A DNA stretch of 33,894 nt from Candidatus Izemoplasma sp. (GCA_029939615.1 JAOZSP010000002.1:1-33894), one strand, 5' to 3'. Shown: positions 1-8,447, numbered from the stretch's first letter. Numbers and translations are program-made. Notes: generated from the sequence alone by a model not told the origin.

Positions 1-30
1 AAAATTGTCAATTACCTCTTTATAATGCGA

Positions 31-59
31 TTGACAAATTCTTAGATATAGGTTAAACT
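31..59 (+). promoter_or_regulatory. sigma-A/sigma-70 promoter for the protease-lipoprotein operon
   Basis: TTGACA (31-36), 17-bp spacer, TAAACT (54-59); predicted transcription start near 66. Confidence 0.75.
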
Positions 60-65
60 TAAAGT

Positions 66-150
66 AATTAATACGATAACTATATAACAATATAAATACG
101 CAAAGTCTCAGAGCTAAACTATGAAAATATTATGCTGGCTGGATTGTGCA
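66..150 (+). ncRNA. c-di-GMP-I (GEMM)-like riboswitch aptamer, variant or degenerate
   Basis: ACGCAAAG core (98-105). P2 helix AGTCTCAG (104-111) pairs with CTGGATT (139-145). Tetraloop-receptor-like GCTAAA...TATGC (113-118, 131-135). Upstream hairpin TATAT-AACA-ATATA. It lies between a promoter and a leader terminator. The 5' half deviates from consensus. Confidence 0.6.
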
Positions 151-155
151 AACTC

Positions 156-187
156 TGTAGACTTTTATTGGTCTGCATTTTTATTTA
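156..187 (+). terminator. Leader intrinsic terminator (putative riboswitch expression platform)
   Basis: Stem TGTAGAC (156-162) / GTCTGCA (171-177), then TTTTTATTT, all upstream of the RBS AAGGAG. Confidence 0.7.
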
Positions 188-209
188 CATAATTATAAAG
201 GAGTACCCT

Positions 210-926
210 ATGAGAAAACTACTAATAATATTTCTATTACTTTTTACTACCGGTTGTGAACAAATTGATGAAGAAGCTTTAAAAGAAGAAATAAAACAAG
301 AATTAGTAGATGAATTACAGTTTGATATGGATGATATGAATAATCATCTAATAGCTTTATCAAATAACGCTAAAGCTTGTACTGTATCAATTGATGTTAC
401 ATTAACTGAATCTTCTAGTACTCATGGCTCTGGAGTTGTTTATAAGAATGAAGGTAATGATTACTATATATTAACAAATGAACATATTATTAGATACAAT
501 CAAAGTGTTGAAGTGTATTTACCTAGTGAAGATAGATATATAGAAGCGATAGTTACTAAAGAAGATAGTGAAGTTGATTTAGCGATATTAAAAATATCTT
601 CTTTAACAGAAATAGATATTTGTGAAATAGTATTAGCTAGTTATGAAGTTGGTGAATTAGTTATTAGTGTTGGTGCTGCGGTAAGTATTGATTATTCAAA
701 CACAGTGACTTTAGGTGTTATCTCACGGATAGAAGATAACTTAATACAACATGACGCTGCAATAAATCCTGGTAATAGTGGAGGACCACTATTTAATATG
801 AATGGACAATTAATTGGGTTAAATGTCTCTAAAATAAATACTACTACTTTAGGAAGCACAAAAGTATCAGTTGAGGGGATAGGATTTAGTATAACAGTTG
901 AAGAAATTCTTTTATTTATCAATTAA
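210..926 (+). CDS. Trypsin-like (S1C/HtrA-type) serine protease lipoprotein without PDZ domain
   Basis: Triad motifs TNEHII, DLAILKI and INPGNSGGPL. Signal peptide with lipobox FTTGC. Start moved from 132 to ATG 210 because AAGGAG precedes it. Confidence 0.9.
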   Translation: MRKLLIIFLLLFTTGCEQIDEEALKEEIKQELVDELQFDMDDMNNHLIALSNNAKACTVSIDVTLTESSSTHGSGVVYKNEGNDYYILTNEHIIRYNQSVEVYLPSEDRYIEAIVTKEDSEVDLAILKISSLTEIDICEIVLASYEVGELVISVGAAVSIDYSNTVTLGVISRIEDNLIQHDAAINPGNSGGPLFNMNGQLIGLNVSKINTTTLGSTKVSVEGIGFSITVEEILLFIN

Positions 927-967
927 GATAGACTACATATAGATAATAAAAAAAGGAGATGATAGTT

Positions 968-3900
968 TTGAAAAAATTACTAATGTTTGTATTTTTAATT
1001 ACCGCAACTTTAACTTTGACAGGATGTGATTTCGGTAAAGAAGAAATCGATGATTTTATTGATCCCGATAGACAATTAATCTTAGATGATTGTCAAGGAA
1101 TGGGAGATTATATTGTAGTTGATGGAGTATGTATACTAATAGGTGATATAGTATCTCAAAATATCGTAATAGGAGGAGACGAAACAAGAGTTCAGTATCT
1201 TAATGGTGTTGAATTAATGAGTGGGTTTGTAGCTGATTTAGCAGGCTCAAAAGGTTTAGCGGTCGTTTCTAAAGAAGTGTTTGAAAACGATATTAATTTA
1301 GGAGGATCAACTTATTATGATTTAATAAATTTAGCTGCTGACGATGATCCTGAAGAAGACGCTGAGAATATCATTGTAAAACTAACAGAAGAAGGATTTT
1401 TTGAAGAAGTTGGATTTACTAATGAAGCGGGAGTAGATGTTGTAATCACTTCAAATCCTTTAGCTTTAGAAGTGTTTGGAGCATATACAATTGTTGTTTT
1501 TGAAGTGGATTTAGGGTATGAGTATTATACTCCTGATTTCACTCAAAGAGTATTTGATTCACTTCATGCAGGTGGAGTATATTTGATTCATAACGAATCT
1601 GGAAAGATGTTTGCCACTAAAGAAATAGAACAAGTGGAAAACGTATATACTTATACTGAAAATCATTCAAGAAACATTAACATAATGGTTACATTGAATG
1701 TGCCAGTAGTTGAAATTCAATATGTTTTTCAACTTGATGAATTTGGTATGCCAATTTTTGGTGATGATGGTATTGAACTCTATGATGAAGTAGAAGTACC
1801 ACTTTTTGATCAAGATGGTAATCCAATAGTATTTACTGAGGGACCTATTTTAACAGAGTTTCTAGAAGTACCAGTAGTAGAATACTACAAGGTTCAACAA
1901 GTAGATGAAGATGGTAATCTTGTTTTTGATGAAAACCAAGAGCCTGTTTATGATGTTGTTGAGGAACCAGTTTTAGATGAAAATGGTAATCCGAAAATTG
2001 AACTACAAGAAGTGCCAGTTTTAGATGATGACGGAAATGTTCAATATCAACAAGAATTTGAAGTTGAATTATACATTGAAGATATAAAAGCAATAACGAT
2101 TACTGAATATTCAGCAAGCGTTACAGATAATCCGGTATCAAATATTGCACATCGATTTGCGGATAAAATTATAGCTGAATATTACAACTGGAATTATTAT
2201 CGTGTAAATAATTACATGATAACATCATTTGGTTTTGCTGCTAGTGAAGAAAATATTTTCTATACTGAAATGAAAGTAGACGAAGATGATGGTAGTAAGA
2301 GTGAAAACTTTGTAATGAAAATTTCATTTGATAGTACTACTAATGAAATACTACTTGAAGAGTATCTAAATGCTACAAAAGCAGGATTCACAGAATGTGA
2401 AATAATTATTGATCCTATTAGTGATAACATTATTTGTGATTCTTGGGATGGTAATCTTAAAGTGTACTCATCAACATACGGCTTAAAAGTAATTCCTGAT
2501 ACTGAGAACTTTAATCCTGTAACGTTCCCTAACGGAGAACTTTACTTCTATGATTCTATGGAAACTTACGTTGAAGAATTAGGATATTATACAACACTGT
2601 TATATACAATTAATGATGATGGAACACTAGAATCATATTTTATTGAACTTGGTGAAAAAGAAGAAGTTTGCTTTGGTGCTTGTTATAATAGTATAAATGT
2701 TAATTTCTTTAACCAAGCTGGTGAAGCATATGGAAATATTGGATATGTAGATTTACAGTTATCTGATGGTGACAAAATGTTTTTAAATGCTGATCTTCAA
2801 GTTCAAAGTATTGGTGAATTTTCTTCAGAAAGACCTGAATGTACTGATACAAATGGATGTTGGTATAACACTAAAAACGAAGTAATAGATGCTGCAGGAG
2901 AATTTGTTACATCATTTGAATCATCAGTTGTTATTTATCCAGGAGATCCTGTTCCGGGATACTTAGTAACATATCAATTAGATTCTCAAACGGTATATGA
3001 ATATGAACAAATGTATTCAGATGATGACTTGATTTGTGATAATGAAATAGGATGTACTAGCCATATTAATCTTGTTGACTATTCAATAAACTCTGAAGGA
3101 TATTGGATGTATGATAGTATTATTGTTGAAGACGGTGAAAAAGTCATAGAAAGTATTGAATTAGCTGAAACAAATACTGCTGTTTATGAGTATACAAAAG
3201 ATGTAGTTGGTGAAGTATGTGGATTTACTACTTGTGAAGAGTATGTAAACATTCAATTCTATGATTTTGCGGGTGAACTATTAAGTGAAACTAATACTTT
3301 GATTCAAATCGCAGAAGGAGAAACAATACCTCTTAATATCGAATACCATATTACAGGAGATACAACAGTAACAGAAAAAACAAATCTTTGTACAACCTCT
3401 ACAGGATGTTATGAGTATTATGAGACATCTGATAGTATTCACTATTATATTTTCTACGAACAAGGGGATACAATGTATGAAACAATTGATTTTGCAGACA
3501 CAGATAAAACAGTTGTTACAAGTAAAACACTAACTAATGAAATATGTACTGATATTAATGGATGTTATGGAGGAGAATCTGAATATATAATCGTTGATAA
3601 CGAGGGAGTAGAATTATATAATTTCTCTAATTATGCTTTCGCTGAATACGGTTATAGAGTTCCTTTCAAAGTAACAGTTAATATTAATGATGTAACAATA
3701 AGATATCGTAAAGAATCACTAATCGATGATATGATTTGTGAGGAAACAATTTGTCGAAGCCATGTGGAAATTGTAATTGGTACTACTATTAATAATGTTT
3801 CACTTGGTTGGGCAGATATTGCATTCGCACAAGATGAGAAAATCATGATAAGGATTATCTTAGATGACGATACAGTGAAAACAGTAGAATCTGAAATGAT

Positions 3901-4579
3901 TTGTGATATTGCTGAAGGTTGCTATATCTATTCAAGCAACTACATAATTGTAGATTCAGAGGGAACTGAATTCCAAAATGAAGATCCAAATTGGTATAAA
4001 CAACATCTACCAGTATTCTTCGCTAATGGTGATAGTATTCCAGTTGATAATCAATTTGAAGTAACGTTCGAAATAATTGCTGCTGAATATCTAAAAAATA
4101 GAATATTTGTCCATGAGTTCTTATATAACTTAAACAATGTAATTGTTCTTGATGAAAACTTATATTTAATTGAACAACAATCTTGGGCTATAGGAAATGA
4201 TAATTTCATTTTAGAGTTTAACGAAACAACAGGAAGATATTCTGCGAAATATACAAACATATCAGCAATAACAGAAATAACTGCATTCGGAGATGGATTT
4301 ATTGCAATAAACGATGATGAAACTGCTATTATGCATTTCTCATATAATACAGAACTATCAAGTGAGGATTACTATTACTTTGATATCGAAAATTTAACAG
4401 AAGGATTATTAATTAACGGAGTAAATGATCTAATCGTTGACTATGATGGTTCAATCTACTTCAAAGGAGTAGACAACTTTATTCAAGATATTACTGGTTC
4501 AATAAGTGAAGATGGTGTTGTTACTATCGATACTGAATTTGTTGAACGACAAATAATTAGAGTAAGACCAATAAACTAA
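968..4579 (+). CDS. Giant (~1200 aa) acidic surface lipoprotein with DxxG hairpin repeats and Cys-pair repeats; function unknown
   Basis: Lipobox LTGC after a KKLL-hydrophobic signal. Very D/E-rich. TTG start at 968 is 9 nt from AGGAG, whereas ATG 959 abuts the RBS. Confidence 0.85.
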   Translation: MKKLLMFVFLITATLTLTGCDFGKEEIDDFIDPDRQLILDDCQGMGDYIVVDGVCILIGDIVSQNIVIGGDETRVQYLNGVELMSGFVADLAGSKGLAVVSKEVFENDINLGGSTYYDLINLAADDDPEEDAENIIVKLTEEGFFEEVGFTNEAGVDVVITSNPLALEVFGAYTIVVFEVDLGYEYYTPDFTQRVFDSLHAGGVYLIHNESGKMFATKEIEQVENVYTYTENHSRNINIMVTLNVPVVEIQYVFQLDEFGMPIFGDDGIELYDEVEVPLFDQDGNPIVFTEGPILTEFLEVPVVEYYKVQQVDEDGNLVFDENQEPVYDVVEEPVLDENGNPKIELQEVPVLDDDGNVQYQQEFEVELYIEDIKAITITEYSASVTDNPVSNIAHRFADKIIAEYYNWNYYRVNNYMITSFGFAASEENIFYTEMKVDEDDGSKSENFVMKISFDSTTNEILLEEYLNATKAGFTECEIIIDPISDNIICDSWDGNLKVYSSTYGLKVIPDTENFNPVTFPNGELYFYDSMETYVEELGYYTTLLYTINDDGTLESYFIELGEKEEVCFGACYNSINVNFFNQAGEAYGNIGYVDLQLSDGDKMFLNADLQVQSIGEFSSERPECTDTNGCWYNTKNEVIDAAGEFVTSFESSVVIYPGDPVPGYLVTYQLDSQTVYEYEQMYSDDDLICDNEIGCTSHINLVDYSINSEGYWMYDSIIVEDGEKVIESIELAETNTAVYEYTKDVVGEVCGFTTCEEYVNIQFYDFAGELLSETNTLIQIAEGETIPLNIEYHITGDTTVTEKTNLCTTSTGCYEYYETSDSIHYYIFYEQGDTMYETIDFADTDKTVVTSKTLTNEICTDINGCYGGESEYIIVDNEGVELYNFSNYAFAEYGYRVPFKVTVNINDVTIRYRKESLIDDMICEETICRSHVEIVIGTTINNVSLGWADIAFAQDEKIMIRIILDDDTVKTVESEMICDIAEGCYIYSSNYIIVDSEGTEFQNEDPNWYKQHLPVFFANGDSIPVDNQFEVTFEIIAAEYLKNRIFVHEFLYNLNNVIVLDENLYLIEQQSWAIGNDNFILEFNETTGRYSAKYTNISAITEITAFGDGFIAINDDETAIMHFSYNTELSSEDYYYFDIENLTEGLLINGVNDLIVDYDGSIYFKGVDNFIQDITGSISEDGVVTIDTEFVERQIIRVRPIN
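1694..2050 (+). repeat. Acidic D-x-x-G beta-hairpin repeats inside the giant lipoprotein
   Basis: LDEFG, GDDG, FDQDGN, VDEDGN, FDENQ, LDENGN, LDDDGN. LxVPVVE recurs 56 aa apart (1694, 1862). DNA repeat CCAGTTTTAGATGA at 1967 and 2015. Confidence 0.8.
2669..4080 (+). repeat. Eight degenerate 52-65 aa Cys-pair repeats inside the giant lipoprotein
   Basis: CFGAC (2669), CTDTNGC (2840), CDNEIGC (3035), CGFTTC (3218), CTTSTGC (3389), CTDINGC (3545), CEETIC (3737), CDIAEGC (3902). Each is followed by a G(D/E)x-hydrophobic-like turn. Confidence 0.8.
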
Positions 4580-4594
4580 TAACTACAATACATT

Positions 4595-4631
4595 AAAAAA
4601 AAATACTGTTCAATCGAACAGTATTTTTTTT
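4595..4631. terminator. Bidirectional intrinsic terminator
   Basis: A-tract, TACTGTTC-aatc-GAACAGTA, T-tract, between convergent genes. Confidence 0.9.
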
Positions 4632-4643
4632 ACTTCATATGAT

Positions 4644-5093
4644 TTACTCTTTTTTAGAATTTCCACCTAGTAATCCTTTGATATCTAATAAGATATCTTC
4701 CATTTTAGGTTTTACATCATCCATAATATCTTCTACTTTATCCATAACTGTATCTTCTGTTTTTTCAAAAGCATCAGATACTCTATTAACAAACTTAATA
4801 ATAAGAAATACGACTAAAGCAATAATAAAGAAATCAAAGACGCTTTGAATGAAATTACCGTAGTAAATAGCGTTTTCAACTATTCCTGCTGCTTCATCAG
4901 CCTCGGTGATAACATATTTGAAATTACCAAAACCTTCTTCTCCAACTAATAAACTTATAATAGGAGTTAAAATATCTTTTACTAAACTATTAATTATATC
5001 TTTAAAGGCTGCCCCTATAATAAAGGCAACTGCTAAATCCATTACATTTCCTTTATTAATGAATTTCTTAAATTCATTATAAAACTTTTTCAT
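4644..5093 (-). CDS. mscL: Large-conductance mechanosensitive channel
   Basis: EFKKFINKGNVMDLAVAFIIGAAF and YGNFIQSVFDFFIIA; C-terminal EDILLDIK; RBS AAGGAG. Confidence 0.95.
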   Translation of the reverse strand: MKKFYNEFKKFINKGNVMDLAVAFIIGAAFKDIINSLVKDILTPIISLLVGEEGFGNFKYVITEADEAAGIVENAIYYGNFIQSVFDFFIIALVVFLIIKFVNRVSDAFEKTEDTVMDKVEDIMDDVKPKMEDILLDIKGLLGGNSKKE

Positions 5094-5227
5094 GAAATCA
5101 CTCCTTTTTAATATTTAAACATATTTACTGTGTTTAATAAAGAATTGTGTGATATTTTTGTATTTTGTCATGCATTATAGGGTATAATTAGTATGAAGGA
5201 AATAGACATGATGAGGAGGTTTTTTTA

Positions 5228-6331
5228 ATGGATGAAAGAAAATGGGTTTCATGGGAATTTGTAGAGGATTTTATGGTAAGTGCATTTCAAAAAATAGGTG
5301 TTCCTTTAGAAGATGCTAAAGTATGTGCTGATGTATTAATGGAAAGTGATCGAAGAGGAATAGAATCACATGGTTGTAATCGTTTTAAACCAATCTACAT
5401 TGATCGCATAAACGCTAAAATACAAAAGCCAGTCACAAAGATAGATATCTTAAGAGAAACAGCTACAACAGCTGTATTAGATGCTAACGATGGAATGGGA
5501 ATGGTAGTGAGTAAAAAAGCAATGCAAATGGCTATTGATAAAGCTAAAGAATACGGAATGGGTATGGTAGCTGTTAGGAATAGTACTCATTATGGTATTG
5601 CTGGATATTATGCTACTATGGCAAGTGACGCTGGAATGATTGGTATTACAGGAACTAACGCAAGACCTAGTATCGCTCCTACTTTTGGAGTTGAAAATAT
5701 GTTAGGAACTAATCCTTTAACTTTTGGTATTCCAACAGATGAAGAATTTCCCTTTGTTTTAGATTGTGCTACTAGTATTACCCAAAGAGGTAAAATAGAG
5801 TATTATTCTAAAATTGGAAAAGATACACCTGAGGGAATGGTTGTTGGAAGAGATGGGTTGCCTAAAACAAACAGTAATCAAATATTAAAAGATTTATCAA
5901 GTGCTAAAGCAGCACTAGCTCCATTAGGAGGAATTGGTGAAGAACTTGCAGGATACAAAGGTTATGGCTACGCAACAGTAGTTGAAATAATGTCAGCTGC
6001 TTTACAAGCAGGAAATTTCTTAAAAATGTTAACAGGAAAAGACAAAGAAGGAAAACTAGTGCCTTACCATTTAGGGCATTTCTTTATTGCTATTGATACA
6101 GAAGCATTTATGGGATTAGATACCTTTAAGAAGATATCAGGAGAGATATTAAGAGATTTACGTAATAGTGAGAAAGCTCCAGGGGAAGAGAAAATTTTTA
6201 CTGCTGGAGAAAAAGAATATATTATATGGCAAGAACGTAAAAATAAAGGAGTACCATTAAATGAAGCAGTTCAAAATGATTTAAAAGAAGTAAATGAAAT
6301 GCTTCAATTAAATAAGAAGTTACCATTTTAG
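5228..6331 (+). CDS. Ldh_2-family (type 2 malate/L-lactate dehydrogenase-like) NAD(P)-dependent oxidoreductase
   Basis: DRRGIESHG, VRNSTHYG, GTNPL, LDCATS and GYKGYG motifs; RBS GAGGAGG. Substrate cannot be assigned. Confidence 0.9.
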   Translation: MDERKWVSWEFVEDFMVSAFQKIGVPLEDAKVCADVLMESDRRGIESHGCNRFKPIYIDRINAKIQKPVTKIDILRETATTAVLDANDGMGMVVSKKAMQMAIDKAKEYGMGMVAVRNSTHYGIAGYYATMASDAGMIGITGTNARPSIAPTFGVENMLGTNPLTFGIPTDEEFPFVLDCATSITQRGKIEYYSKIGKDTPEGMVVGRDGLPKTNSNQILKDLSSAKAALAPLGGIGEELAGYKGYGYATVVEIMSAALQAGNFLKMLTGKDKEGKLVPYHLGHFFIAIDTEAFMGLDTFKKISGEILRDLRNSEKAPGEEKIFTAGEKEYIIWQERKNKGVPLNEAVQNDLKEVNEMLQLNKKLPF

Positions 6332-6443
6332 TAATATAGTGATATTAAGCAATAGATATATTGACAAAGTATCCTTTGATAAAGTGCTTAGTCTCTTTAG
6401 AGTTGTCTCATCAAGATATTTGGGAGACAATGAAATAGAACTT

Positions 6444-6534
6444 TGTGTATACGGTATCGTAAACAAAAGTATAATGTATGTGTATACATTATTGTAAACA
6501 AATATATTGACAATGTGTATACTAAATCGTATAC
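6444..6534. repeat. Three operator-like direct repeats with an exact 35-bp period
   Basis: TGTGTATAC-N3-AT-YGTAWAC at 6444, 6479 and 6514. Each unit has two GTAWAC hexamers 12 bp apart. Confidence 0.8.
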
Positions 6535-6535
6535 T
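6507..6535 (+). promoter_or_regulatory. sigma-A promoter of the Fic gene
   Basis: TTGACA (6507-6512), 17 bp, TATACT (6530-6535); RBS GAGGTG follows. Confidence 0.8.
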
Positions 6536-6552
6536 TTTATTGAGGTGATTAA

Positions 6553-7791
6553 ATGAGTGAATCAAAAAAGACATTTAGCGATTTTTTAAAAATTATCAAC
6601 GATGTGGATGAGTATCCAAACTTATCCAAACTTAGATATAAATATTTCTTTAACCAAAGTGATATAGAAGAGATGCAAAAACTTAAATATCAGAATAAAC
6701 TATACAGTGTTCTTCCTTTGAAATCGGATACTGATAGTAGTTTGCTATATTTATTTACTGAAAGTATTAAAAGAAACCTATTAGGGAGTGTTGATCTAAT
6801 AGTTGATTCAAAAATAGAGGAATTAAATCAAGTGGATAATAAAAACATTATTAACGGGTTCATTTCTTCTGAAATTGAGAATAGCCTATTAATTGAGGGA
6901 GTACATAGTTCAAGAAAAAAAATAGAAAAGGTTAGTAAAAAGGATTACTCAGAGTTAACTAATAATAAAGAAGTAATTATTAAAAACATGCTGGAAGGAT
7001 ATAACTTTATACTGGAAAACAAAATTACTATAGATAACATTTATAAATTATATAATATTTTAAGTCATAATTGTCTTAAATTAGATGAAAAACTAATAGA
7101 AGAAAACATGTATCGACATGCAGGAGTTGATATTATTGGACCTTCAGGCATTGCTGTTGACAGTGGGGTGGATTATAAACAGTTGCCTAGACTAATGGAA
7201 CAATTGGTTGAATATATCAATATTAAGAAAACACGATATGAACATTTAGTTGCACCTCATATAATTCATTACTATTTAATTTATCTACATCCTTACTTTG
7301 ATTATAATGGTAGAATGTCACGTGTGTTGTCTTTTTGGTATACACTGAAGAATGTACCATCTATAAGTCTGCTTTTCACTAGTGAAGCTATAAATAATCC
7401 TAAGAATAAGAAGTATTATTATAAAGCTATAGAATATTCTAGAGAAGCAAACAATGATATTACTTTCTTTATAGAGTATCTAACTAAAATTTCATTTGAG
7501 ACAACAAAAAGTTATATTAATTTTTATAAAATTATAAATTCGATGCTCGGTAATGGAATGATTCTAACCAATGCAGAAATGAACGCTGTTAAAACTGTAC
7601 TGTCTATAGAAAGAATAGGGGCAGGATATTTTAACTGGAAAAAGTATAAACTTTATGAATTTAATGATCTAAAAAAACAATATATACTTAGACTGTTGAA
7701 TAAACTAAGTGAATACAAAATTCTCTTAAGAACGGAGCGAAAAACAGCATATTTATATATAATTAATTATAAGAAATTTGATTTACTATAA
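6553..7791 (+). CDS. Fic-domain protein (class II, N-terminal inhibitory helix) with a possible C-terminal winged helix
   Basis: Active-site motif HPYFDYNGRMSR; inhibitory (S/T)xxxE(G/N) motif SLLIEG. The basic C-terminal segment (KKQYILRLLNKLSEYKILLR..YLYII) resembles a wHTH (inference). Confidence 0.9.
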   Translation: MSESKKTFSDFLKIINDVDEYPNLSKLRYKYFFNQSDIEEMQKLKYQNKLYSVLPLKSDTDSSLLYLFTESIKRNLLGSVDLIVDSKIEELNQVDNKNIINGFISSEIENSLLIEGVHSSRKKIEKVSKKDYSELTNNKEVIIKNMLEGYNFILENKITIDNIYKLYNILSHNCLKLDEKLIEENMYRHAGVDIIGPSGIAVDSGVDYKQLPRLMEQLVEYINIKKTRYEHLVAPHIIHYYLIYLHPYFDYNGRMSRVLSFWYTLKNVPSISLLFTSEAINNPKNKKYYYKAIEYSREANNDITFFIEYLTKISFETTKSYINFYKIINSMLGNGMILTNAEMNAVKTVLSIERIGAGYFNWKKYKLYEFNDLKKQYILRLLNKLSEYKILLRTERKTAYLYIINYKKFDLL

Positions 7792-7816
7792 AAAAAGTCC
7801 TTCTCTGGACTTTTTT
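7790..7816. terminator. Bidirectional intrinsic terminator
   Basis: A-tract, GTCC-ttctct-GGAC, T-tract, between convergent Fic and rhomboid genes. Confidence 0.8.
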
Positions 7817-8436
7817 TAGTGTAAGACTTTAAAAACATTCCTTCTGATAACTACATATGATAACAAGAAACCAGATGCTATTCCAGCAACATGCCCAGAT
7901 ATACTTATACCTGAAGCCATAAAAGTGAATATGATGTTGATAGCTATTAATCCCCATATCGATTGTGAGTCTTGTTGTGTTATCATATCTTTACGGTATA
8001 ACGTAATATATAGTAAACTTCCTAAAGCACCAAAGATTGCTCCGCTTGCTCCAATTGTAACGGTATTAGCATTACTTAGTAAGACAACAGCTACTCCACT
8101 TATAATCATACTTCCAAAATAGATGAAGGAGAATTTTTTACTGCCGATCATTCTTTCTAAGGCACTACTTAATGTTAAGAGACCAATAATGATATTTGAA
8201 GCAAAATGAATAATACTTCCATGTAAGAAGGCGGCAGTGATAATTCGCCAGTATTCTCCGTCTATTACTAAAGAAGGTAAGATGCCACCTAAATCTACTA
8301 AATTGTAATTATCGAAACCACCAGTTGTTAATACTACTATTAACATCAATGTGTTTATGATTATTAATATTGAAGTTACTGGACTATTTTTATAAAATGT
8401 TTTCCAGTCACCTCGTCTTGTAAATACTGAATACAT
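7816..8436 (-). CDS. Rhomboid-family intramembrane serine protease
   Basis: EYWRIITAAFLHGSIIHFASN, catalytic GASGAIFG and GHVAG; multiple TM helices. Confidence 0.93.
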   Translation of the reverse strand: MYSVFTRRGDWKTFYKNSPVTSILIIINTLMLIVVLTTGGFDNYNLVDLGGILPSLVIDGEYWRIITAAFLHGSIIHFASNIIIGLLTLSSALERMIGSKKFSFIYFGSMIISGVAVVLLSNANTVTIGASGAIFGALGSLLYITLYRKDMITQQDSQSIWGLIAINIIFTFMASGISISGHVAGIASGFLLSYVVIRRNVFKVLH

Positions 8437-8447
8437 ATGTGTTCCTC

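Noticed and set aside
5-37. Inverted repeat TTGTCAAT-N17-ATTGACAA
   Set aside because: Most simply two back-to-back -35 boxes at the window edge; it cannot be evaluated as an operator without upstream sequence.
132-209. N-terminal 26-codon extension of the protease ORF
   Set aside because: No RBS at 132; it overlaps the riboswitch and terminator; the real signal peptide and RBS start at 210.
692-4848. Short antisense ORFs inside the protease, giant lipoprotein and mscL
   Set aside because: Shadow ORFs opposite well-supported genes, with no motifs or RBS.
6444-6548. 35-bp periodic repeats as a mini-CRISPR array
   Set aside because: The period is too short for repeat plus spacer, units are degenerate, they overlap a promoter, and there are no cas genes.
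6320-6574. 84-aa minus-strand ORF as a Fic antitoxin or regulator
   Set aside because: It spans promoter/operator DNA, overlaps both neighbours and has no RBS or recognisable motif; the Fic protein has its own inhibitory helix.
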